This document shows positions 53,705 through 64,000 of a DNA stretch of 64,000 nt, piece after piece. Below the pieces are notes generated by a model. It did no database searches. It worked only from the letters and a program-made list of their open reading frames with translations, and was not told where the DNA came from. The position numbers and the translations under genes were made by a program. Each line of letters starts with the position of its first letter. Within the stretch, counting starts at the first letter, position 1. The stretch comes from Epiperipatus broadwayi (taxonomy: Eukaryota; Animalia; Onychophora): positions 868,001 to 932,000 of the forward strand of contig JAQFVV010000003.1 in assembly GCA_028023455.1 (NCBI GenBank), read 5' to 3'.

Positions 53705-55019
53705 GTGAGAAAAAATTGGTACCAGTTTAAAATGCACTCTCCACTCTTTTGGTTTCTAAGTGGAGTTCCCAAAACCACTGCTTACACAACCCAATCACTA
53801 AAGAATGTCAGATAACACCTTATAGCATTGATACAGTGTACCACTTATTTTGTTCAATACAATTCTTGAAATCAAATATCAAACATATTAATAATTAAAA
53901 ATTGACAAAAAGTATCAACAAATCACATAGCCAAAGAAAAAATATCTAATATCAAAAATGAATATTTTCCAAATATTAGTAATTAGGAAACAACAAGAAA
54001 AATTAGTTTAAAAAAAATTAAAAACAATACTAAAGTATTTTACTTTTAATATATGATATATCATAAACCAATATTTTGCAATTTTTAATAATTAGAAAAT
54101 GACCAAAATATTAACATAATCACATGACCAAAACAACCAATCAAATAACACTTGAAATCAAATATCAAAAATATTAATTACCATTTAACAACACCTCTGC
54201 TGTCATAAGCAGATGTTTTATTCTTTTGTAGATTAGTTTAGTAATTTTTAAACTATGTTTAATATGTTTTTCCATGTAAGTAGTTATTTGTTTTGATAAA
54301 TATTATTTGCTAATTTGTCTTTCATTGATTGTGCTAGTATTTTTTTTAACCTTAATTTAGTAATTTATTTTGCCATTGTACATTTGAAATGTTTTTTTAA
54401 AAATAGAATTAGTATTGTCTTAATTTTTTATTATGCTAATTTTTGGTGACATTTCCTAATTACTAATATTTTTGATATTTGATTTGTTGCTTTTGGCTTC
54501 ATGATTATGTTAATTTTTGGTCATTTTCTAATTACTAAAATTTGCAAAATATTCATTTTTTGATATATCATATTTTGAAAATAAAATACTTTAGTATTGT
54601 TTTTAATTTTTTACACCATTTTTTTTTTGTTTTCTAATTCTAATACTTGCTAAGCATTCTTTTTTGATATTTGATTTTTTTTCTCTGACTATATGATTTA
54701 CTAATATTTTTGTCATTTCATAATTACTAATATTTTTAATATTTGATTTCAGAGTTATTTGGATTTTTGGTCATATAATGAGATTCTATTTTTATGACAG
54801 TTGTGGTTTTTTTCTGATGAAATTGCAATTTATTAATTTATTAGCAAAATAAATGGAACAATTCATGTCACTGATGTAGGGCATTGTCTGACTTTTGTTA
54901 GTACTGGTTTGTGTGTTTTGTGTCAATGATGGTTTGGGGTTCCCCTTAGAACCCAAAATGATGGAGAACACATTTTAAATTGTTTCCAAAAATTTATTAG
55001 TAAAATCCAAAAAACTCAC
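53705..55019. mobile_element. Foldback-like element: long imperfect inverted repeats with internal sub-repeats
   Basis: About 53705-54180 is the reverse complement of about 54440-55019 (tttaaaatgcactctcca..ggtttctaagtggagttcccaaaacca versus tggtttggggttccccttagaaccc..tggagaacacattttaaa; caatactaaagtatttta versus taaaatactttagtattg). Each arm repeats a gaaatcaaatatcaaa.atatta motif. Confidence 0.8.
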
Positions 55020-55265
55020 AAACCCAAAATAATCCTGCAATCAACAATAAAAAAATTAATAGTAATCTATCTGTATATTTAATAACAAAATTCTCAGTTA
55101 AAGTAACTAGTTCTGTGAGCTTAAGTTATCATTATCTACAGTTCAGAAGTAGGCAATTATTTATATATTATTTATGAATAAAATCAAAATAAATATAAAT
55201 GTTGTTTTTGCATATAAATAAAGAAATAAAACCAAAAAAGGTTATTCAACAACAAATAGTTTAGG

Positions 55266-56524
<1,259 letters not shown>

Positions 56525-56525
56525 A

Positions 56526-56543
56526 TGGCACCCCATGTAGGGC
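56526..56543 (+). other. Primer-binding site, tRNA-Lys(CUU)-type, decayed
   Basis: TGGCACCCCATGTAGGGC versus canonical TGGCGCCCAACGTGGGGC: 14/18 match, two of the four differences are CpG deaminations, and it lies 1 nt after the LTR end. Confidence 0.7.
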
Positions 56544-57066
56544 TACAAAAATAAGGAAAAACCTATAATCTGAGATATATAATATAAAATTTAATGCAAC
56601 TAATAGCAAAGGAGATACTTTTTTTCTTGATCTTTACATATACATAAATGAATAAGCAAGAATGGGTAAAAGTAAATGAAGGATAGGGGTATTGATATAG
56701 GTAGATAAATGGTGCAATTAAACTATCAAAGAGCAAACAAGGCAGTAGTAGAAAAGGGGATCAATGAACATAGTACTGGTATTATTAAATGTTAGAAATA
56801 AAGCAATATAGCATTAAATACAATTGGTAGAAATAAAATTGTATGTAATATTTTAACATTAATTATTTAAAAACAAAGCAAAATATATTTCTCCTAGTCA
56901 TTGGAAATAAAAAAATAGAAAGTATATTATATATATATATGGAATTAAGAAATAGTGAAATAATTAAGGGCAATAAATCATAGATCAGCAAAATGGAAGG
57001 AAGCAGAATACCACCCAATTAGATGCTGATGCCATTAAAGATATTATAAGAAAATTTCAGGTCAAA

Positions 57067-57800
57067 ATGCTAATTAGATTGAAGGGAATAGTGAACAAAA
57101 ATAAAGAAGTGACTAAAGAAAAAAGTCAAGAGTATTCAATGAAGAGAATGGAAAAGGTGGTTAAAGAAGTAGCTCAAAGATTAGATGATTGGCTAATCAG
57201 CCTTAATTGTAAAATTGAGCAAATGAAAATGGAAATTAACAGTAATAAAAAAGAAAATAAGAAAAAACATCAGGGTTTCCAAAAACACATACAGGAGGAC
57301 ATGAAATTAGTACACCATAAAAATAAAAATATAATCATTAAGATTCAAGATGTTCATAGCTTAGCAAAACAGATCAAAAAATTGTGAGTAAAAGCTCAGT
57401 ATGGGAACAAAAATATGAAAATAAATAAAGACAAACAAGACTGCACACTCAGTGAGAAATCATTCATACAGCACATGAGTAATCTAGAGAGATCTTTTGT
57501 AATCAATCCTATGGAAAAGAGGTTAAAGTAGCAATAGCTATTAGCCACTTGCAAGGTGCATTACAAGTATGGTTGAAGACTTTATTTGAGAAGCCAAGAA
57601 GCTTCCCTCTGTATAAGCAAACCTTAATGAGATGTTATTGGAATGAGGACCACCAAGAGACTACAAAACATCAGATTTCACAAGAAAAATGTCATCCAGA
57701 TGAACCATGTGTGCACTCCTTATAAGGCAAATAGTTCAACTTCAGGCCTAAACAGCATATCCACTATCTGAAAATCAGATCATCAGAATCATGATATATA
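57067..57800 (+). pseudogene. gag: Decayed gag of outer element (coiled-coil N-terminus plus Retrotrans_gag-like capsid)
   Basis: Lys/Glu-rich ORF 57067-57387, then FIQHMSNLERSFVIN and, after a frameshift, from 57510 YGKEVKVAIAISHLQGALQVWLKTLFEKPRSFPLYKQTLMRCYWNEDHQ, which fits the HLxGxAxxW..F...Y/FW pattern of gypsy capsid. Confidence 0.6.
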
Positions 57801-57949
57801 ATTTTCCCAAGTCTTATGAAACATCTGTTGATAGACACAGGGTGTAAAACCATTGAGCAGATGGAAACTTTACTCAGTGCTTTTGACAACGAAACTAATA
57901 ATGAAGAGATTGAATTTAAACCCTTCAATAAATTCTATTCCAGAAGGCA

Positions 57950-58230
57950 TGATCAACAAATCACTGTCTTAAAATTGGATTAAACAGGACAGTCACCACC
58001 ATGGTATAGAATAAGTGAAGAATATTTACAGGCAGCATGGAGAAAACATGGGTGATCAGGAGAACATGAAGTGGTTTGAATATAATGAGGAGAATTGGTA
58101 GTGGTCACTGTCACCAGTAAAAGATTCAGAGACAGGGGTAGATCATCAGAAAAAAGATTGGATAGTAAATGGAGGGCTTGGTACAATTAATGACAAGATC
58201 ATCTCCAGAACCATCTACTAGCTATAAAAA
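57950..58230 (-). mobile_element. Possible antisense LINE endonuclease fragment inside the outer element
   Basis: GC-richer insert; minus ORF 57980-58186 contains an SPDHP motif (cf. APE SDH). Confidence 0.25.
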
Positions 58231-58983
58231 AGACAAGGCCTTAATATGTACAATTTTGGGATTTGCCCCATAGACTTTTGGTATTAGATTATAGAAAAAG
58301 AAATAAACATTGTTATATATGTATACTGATTAAGAAATAAACTGAACATTTACTAAAGAAAAAAAATCCCTATTATGACAAAAATAAACCTATAAAAAAT
58401 GAGTGATAAAATGATAAAATTAATTGAATAGAGAATTATTAGTCTGAAGTGCAAATATAGCCCAGACTGACCTAGATATATCCTAACTTGGTAAGTTCAT
58501 TAAACATGGAAAGTGTAATCAGATTAATATATAAAGTAATTTATTACTAAAAGTTTAATATAAAATAGTTAAGAACAAAATCAGCCAATTTATTCTGGTT
58601 TTGATTCTTCATCTGATTGGGAAAGTATTGAACTATTAATATGGTACAATGGGTATTAGCATTTATTGAGGCAATTGAAGAATTCTGAAAGAAAAAAAAA
58701 TATGTGTATAATAATCACATTTTATTAATAATTAGAAAATCTAGTCTTTTGTCCACTCAAATAAAAAAACTATCTATGTATAATTAAAAAATATAGTTAA
58801 TATAATTACCTACAACTAGTGAAAGAAGGCATGGGTTATCTCTCAAGATAAATCTTTTATTTAAAGATGGCCAATTAGAATGTCAAATCACAATAGGTAA
58901 AATTAGAAGATTTATTTAACTCTAGTCATGCAAAAAAAAGGTATAAATAAATTGTTTTTTTAATCAAACAATTTTTTATAAAG

Positions 58984-59656
58984 TGTAAAATATGCATTTT
59001 ATAATTAAACATATATATGAAAGTGCCTTATTCTAAAATATTACTTTTAAAAGACATTTAAATTTTGCTACTGATATTTTAATCATAGACATTAATTAGT
59101 CATTGTCTGATTCAGCGTAAAATGCAATCAATTGTACCAAACTAATTAAACAGATAACGAAGGAATTTAATTAGCAAAATCCAATGTAATTAAATCCCAC
59201 CTTAATTTATGAGTACTCCAGAAAACAAAAGAAAGCAAACCGTTAAAAGAGGGTCCTTTTGAAAGAACCAGGAGAGTGAATACAGAGCTTATTCAGTGAA
59301 CTCTAACAGAGCATCCATTGCAAGGGAATAGCGTGGGAAATGCAAATTACCCTATGTTGAGAAAGGAGAGAATTATAACTTAGAAACTATATGTTCAGGA
59401 TTATAGTGCGAGTATTTTGTTTGTGTGTACATAGTGTACTTTTCTAATACAGCTCAGCAGGAATCACAATTGTTTTAACTTGTATACACCAATCTGTCAT
59501 CACACCCTTAACTTGTAACAGTTGAGAACTTTGTATAAACTATAAACTAGTTAGCATCAAACTATTTGGGGAATTAAACTCTAACTAGTCGTGAATTAAC
59601 ATTTGTGTGCTATAATTAAAGAATCAATATGCAGCAATTGGGGCAGATACATCACA
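58984..59656 (+). repeat. 5' LTR of inner element (673 bp)
   Basis: TG..CA termini; roughly 90% identical to the 3' LTR by eye. Confidence 0.95.
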
Positions 59657-59660
59657 AATC

Positions 59661-59671
59661 TGGCACAGTCA
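59661..59671 (+). other. Primer-binding site, tRNA-Ser-type, CpG-decayed
   Basis: TGGCACAGTCA versus TGGCGCAGTCG (complement of the arthropod tRNA-Ser 3' end): both differences are CpG>CpA. It lies 4 nt after the LTR. Confidence 0.6.
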
Positions 59672-59721
59672 AATTAGTCAAACCTAAAAACCATAGTGAA
59701 TAACCAGAAATTAATAATAAA

Positions 59722-60539
59722 ATGTCAGTTTTCAGACAAAACTCTACTGGAGAGTTCAAGTAGAAAATGTGGCCAATTGGCCACTATACCTGTCACAAAT
59801 TGAAAATTTCTTCATTTTAAATGGCATTGAAAGAAACAAGCAAAAAGTAGTCACACTCTTATGTTTCTCAGGGAAAATATTATTGAAATCACCAATAAAT
59901 TATATCAAAATCCCGAAGATGAAAATGTACTATTCAAGGAATTATCCCAATGGCTAAACAATTTTTTTAGCCCTTGCCCATCCTGCCACATAGCATGCCT
60001 ACAGTTAAAAAATAGAAAATGACTAAATAGTGAAACAATCAAACAATATAATTTAGCTCTCAAGGAGCTAGCGAAAGATTGTGTTTACAGTGATTTCATA
60101 GAAGAAATATTACTAGATCAACTGCTATGGGGAATGGCTGATGACAGGCTCAGACAACAGCTGTTAACAGAGGCATATCTAACCTATGAAAGCACTATAA
60201 AGAAAGGAATAACTTATGAGCTAATTCTAGAACAGTTACAGGTCTTCATATCAAAAGAGAAAATTTATGAGCAAGTTTTCAAAACTGATAAAGCAGAAAT
60301 ACAATCATTTCAATGGGAACCCCAGAGAAATAAACAGAATTAAATGCTACTGCTGTGGGAAAACAGGCCACATAGCTAAAGACTGCAAATGAAAACAAGA
60401 AATGTGTTTCAAATGCTGAACTAAGGGCCACCTTGTATGTGCATACAGACAATCACCAGAAAAGGATGGTTGACAAAGAACATGTAATCCAGACACAAAT
60501 GGTAGAGCATATAGTATTAACTATATATCTGCCAAGGGG
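59722..60539 (+). pseudogene. gag: Decayed gag of inner element with two zinc knuckles
   Basis: NWPLYLSQIENFFILNGI..KVVTLL; ETIKQYNLALKELAKDCVY..LLDQLLWGMADDRLRQQLLTEAYLTYE; KCYCCGKTGHIAKDC (60342-60386) and CFKC*TKGHLVC. Frameshifts and stops are present. Confidence 0.9.
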
Positions 60540-60908
60540 AAAAGAGATAGGACCATTTCACAAGCACAAACAGAAATTATTAAATTACAAAAACAATTTT
60601 AAGAGGAACGGAAAGACTCTGAACAGAAGCAGTATAAAGAGCAAGATTCTCTGAAGGAGCAACTCCAGATTCACATACAGATGATAGATATTTTGGTTGC
60701 AGAAAAAACAGAGCTGCAGTTATTCCTGGCACAAAGTCAGCAGGCCATAAAACAGAAATCAGTTGAACTCAAAGAATTTCAAGGAAGATTGAAGGCTTCT
60801 AGACAATGAATAATAAAACTTCAACAACAAAACTCAGAACTTAGTGGAAAATTGCAAAGTATACTTGCAATGTCAGAATTATCTGAGCAGGTAGAGAATT
60901 GGCAGCTG
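60540..60908 (+). pseudogene. GOLGA2: Captured fragment of Golgin subfamily A member 2 (GM130)-like coding sequence
   Basis: Reads QAQTEIIKLQKQF*EERKDSEQKQYKEQDSLKEQLQIHIQMIDILVAEKTELQLFLAQSQQAIKQKSVELKEFQGRLKASRQ*IIKLQQQNSELSGKL. The core matches the recalled GM130 signature [25 protein letters not shown]..SR. No intron is visible; stops at 60600 (TAA) and 60807 (TGA). Confidence 0.85.
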
Positions 60909-61199
60909 TATGAAATAGAGCCACAAAAAAATGGCCAAAAGTGAAAATGAACAAGACACTTCCAAAGATTTTTTAGAAGAATAGCAATGTTTAACCAGTG
61001 AGCTGCCAGACACAAAAACCATAGAGCAAGGAAAAAATCAGCCTCTTTCCAAGTGGAAGAAAAATGAACTCAGGGCAGCAAGGAAAAACAATTTACACAA
61101 ATTTCAAGGTTACATCAGTTAATTGTAAAAATAAAGTTTTTCTCCAGTTTGGGAAAAGAAAAAATAAAAGCACTGAGGAGTCACAACATGGGGTTTTCT

Positions 61200-61213
61200 G
61201 GAGTAAGAGGAGG
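61200..61213 (+). other. Polypurine tract of inner element
   Basis: GGAGTAAGAGGAGG, 3 nt upstream of the 3' LTR. Confidence 0.8.
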
Positions 61214-61216
61214 TAT

Positions 61217-61828
61217 TGTAAAATATGCATTTTAAAATTAAATGTACATACAAAAGTGTCTTATTTTAAAATATTACTGATTCAGCTTAAAATGCAATCA
61301 ATTGCACCAAACTAATTAAACAGATAATGAAGGAATTTAATTAGCAAAATCCAATGTAATTAAATTCCACCTTAATTTATAAGAGTACTCTAGAAAACAA
61401 AAGAAAGCAAACTGTTAAAAGAGGGCTCTTTTGAAAGGACCAAGAGAGTAATACAGAGCATATTCAGTGAACTCTAGTGGAGCATCCATTGCAAGGAAAC
61501 AGCATGGGAATTGTGAATTACCCTACATTGAGAAAGGAGATAATTAAGATGTAGAAACTATACATTCAGGATTATAGTGTGAGTATTTGTTATTGTGTGT
61601 ACATAGTGTACTTTTCTAATACAGCTCAGCAGGAATCAGAACTGTTTTAACTTGTATATGTCAATCTCTCATCACACACTTAACTTGGAACAGTTGAGAA
61701 CTTTGTATAAACTATAAACTAGTTAGCATCAAACTATTTGGGGAATTAAACTCTAACTAGTCATGAATTAATATTTGTATGCTGTAATTGAAGAATCAAT
61801 ACGCAGCAAACAGGGTGGATACATCACA
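61217..61828 (+). repeat. 3' LTR of inner element (612 bp, about 61-bp deletion relative to the 5' LTR)
   Basis: Same termini as the 5' LTR; lacks the segment between ATATTACT and GATTCAGC present at about 59046-59108. Confidence 0.95.
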
Positions 61829-62035
61829 TAAAGTACACTTTTTTTACTGCTATAAAGATTATATTATTATTACAGCCAGAAATGTATACTATATTTAGAT
61901 AATTTTAAACACACATTAATATACCTATTGCATGGTATTAAATACCCATAAGAATAAAGAAAGAAAAATTAAGACAAGGTGAATGAATAGAAGAATAGCA
62001 AGAGTATATATAAAGTGATCCTGGGAGAGTTGGAT

Positions 62036-63180
62036 TGTTTTGTCTTCTAGTTCGAGATTGCTGAAATAGAAAAAAAAAAGATCTGTAGAAAAGTGTAAAA
62101 CTGAATTATCATGTGGAAGAGCCTATCTACATTATGGAAATGACACAAATGCATTGCTAAACCCTCTTATACATTCATCATTGCCTTCTTTTATACTCTT
62201 CTGATGAAAAGATGCTTTGATTCCAGGTGTGCCTATATTACACCAAGGATACCACCAGGTTTAAAACTGAATAAATTCATCGAAGAAATTATGAAAAAGA
62301 TAATAGTAAATAAGGAACCTTAAAATCCATCATGGCCATGGTAACATTGCAAACAGCTATCTAGTGCGGAATAATCAATATTAAGATCTAAAAATTATAT
62401 AATTGTGAAAGCTTTCTATTTAATTCTTAGTTCTTGACAAAATATATAAACTTTAAACAAATAAACTAGAACTTAATAATGAACATTCTCAAGAGAAATT
62501 TATTATTGTCAAAAATGCAAGAAAATAAAGTAAACATTTTTGGATAAATATTATTGGTATTAATTTCTACTAATAATTATATGTAATCTATATGTATTAT
62601 TACTATTTAAGAAGGATGTGTGCAAGTGAATAGATTCCAACTTTATTACTTTGTTATTTATGTTAAGTGTTATTTAAAAATTAGTATTCAGTAATATTCA
62701 CAGTTCTTTAATTACCTCTAGGAATGAATGTTAATATTCTTAATTAGTTTACGATATTAGAATAGGGAACGATTCCCCAAAAAGAATAATAATGAGTTAA
62801 CTAACTTTGAGACAGTGCATTCATTGGATGCCTTCACTGAAGCTGGCACCTATAAAAAAATAAAAGCTGCTCTCTAGTTTAAAAAAAAGTGATACAAGAT
62901 CAAATAAAAGTACATTTGAATTTCTAGTATATATGATACTATGTCCTGGGGTTTGGGTGGCCAGGAAAAATAACCACGGCTTCCAAATAATTCATTAATT
63001 AGATATTTGTTTGAGGTCAGGATTTGGTCATTCTAGAATTATTAATCATATATATATACGTCTAATGGTAAATAAAATATATAGGTGTGAATATATGGGC
63101 GTGAATTAATATATATATAGGTTAAAATCCCGTATGAAATCGGTATAGAGATGTAAAATATATATATATATTTGGTTTAA
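62036..63180 (+). repeat. 3' LTR of outer element
   Basis: Direct repeat of 55266-56524 (e.g. gattgctgaaatagaaaaa, aattcttgacaaaatatataaactttaaa, tttaattacctctaggaatgaatgttaata are shared). Confidence 0.8.
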
Positions 63181-64000
63181 TATATACCAACATGTAGATT
63201 TTTTTAATAGAACTTTTTTACCTGTCCTCCTTTTGTTTTTTGTTATCTAACTATATACATTAATAATAATGAAAAAGTATTAAAAAAAGAATCTACATAT
63301 TGCTAGGTATAATGATCTATAAATGTTCTCAATAATATATGTGAAAAAATGGGGAGGGCAATAAAAAGTTGTCAAAAAAAGATTTTATTTATTATAAAAA
63401 TATTATTTGTTATAATGTCATATTTTCTATAGTGTTTAGTAGATGGCATTTAACAGTTTTAATTCGTTTAATTTTCTGATATATTTTATTCACCTGTAAC
63501 TTTATTTTTTAAATGATAAATCAATTTACAAATTACCTGAAAACTTTTTTTAATAAAAAATGAGCATTTTTATTAAAATAGACATTTTCTCATTACAGAG
63601 GTACTACATTTGGCTATGTGTTACAACATCTATGGTTATAATATCATTCATTTTTATGAGAATTTTTTAAAAAAAATTTCGTAAAAGAATGAAAGATTAC
63701 TGCATGTAATATGTTAAAGTTAGGCAGCACTGACTTAGAAATATCTGTTTTAAATGTTATCAAAAAGTGTTTATATTATTATTAATGATCTTTTTGTTTT
63801 GAATTTCTACCATTTAAATCTTTTTAACATTCTGACCTTCCATCTTTATAGTTCTTGGATTTGCTAGCATTTAAGAGGAATAAATTACATTTATAGCTAT
63901 TGTTTTCCATTAACATTCTTGTCATTTTCTCCTCCCTTTATTTTATCCCTAAGCCTAACAATATTAATTTTGCATTTTGAACAATGGAATTATGTATTTT

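Larger units (their letters stand above)
58984..61828 (+). mobile_element. Non-autonomous Ty3/gypsy-type LTR retrotransposon (inner element) carrying a captured host-gene fragment
   Basis: LTRs at 58984-59656 and 61217-61828, both TGTAAAATATGC..GATACATCACA. Perfect 5-bp TSD TAAAG at 58979-58983 and 61829-61833. PBS, gag with CCHC knuckles and PPT are present; no protease/RT/RNaseH/integrase motifs in the 1.56-kb interior. Confidence 0.95.

Overview
Very AT-rich, CpG-depleted eukaryotic (animal, probably invertebrate) DNA, mostly intronic or intergenic. It contains no complete protein-coding gene, rRNA, CRISPR array or operon. Nearly all entries in the ORF track are chance or microsatellite ORFs. 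Supported content: one well-bounded minus-strand coding exon (2564-2647) and a few weaker exon candidates; tRNA-Gly-derived SINE/pseudogene copies; a hAT-like non-autonomous DNA transposon; decayed LINE and Penelope-like fragments; MITE/foldback inverted repeats; a 380-bp tandem-plus-inverted repeat block; and many (TA)n/(ATT)n microsatellites, several at the centre of palindromes. The main find is at 55.3-63.2 kb, a nested pair of pol-less Ty3/gypsy-type LTR retrotransposons. The inner element (58984-61828) has TG..CA LTRs, a perfect TAAAG target-site duplication, PBS and PPT. It carries a decayed gag with zinc knuckles and, where pol should be, an uninterrupted fragment resembling the host Golgi tether GM130/GOLGA2, in frame with the gag knuckles. 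All family assignments are from motifs read by eye, and identity values are visual estimates.
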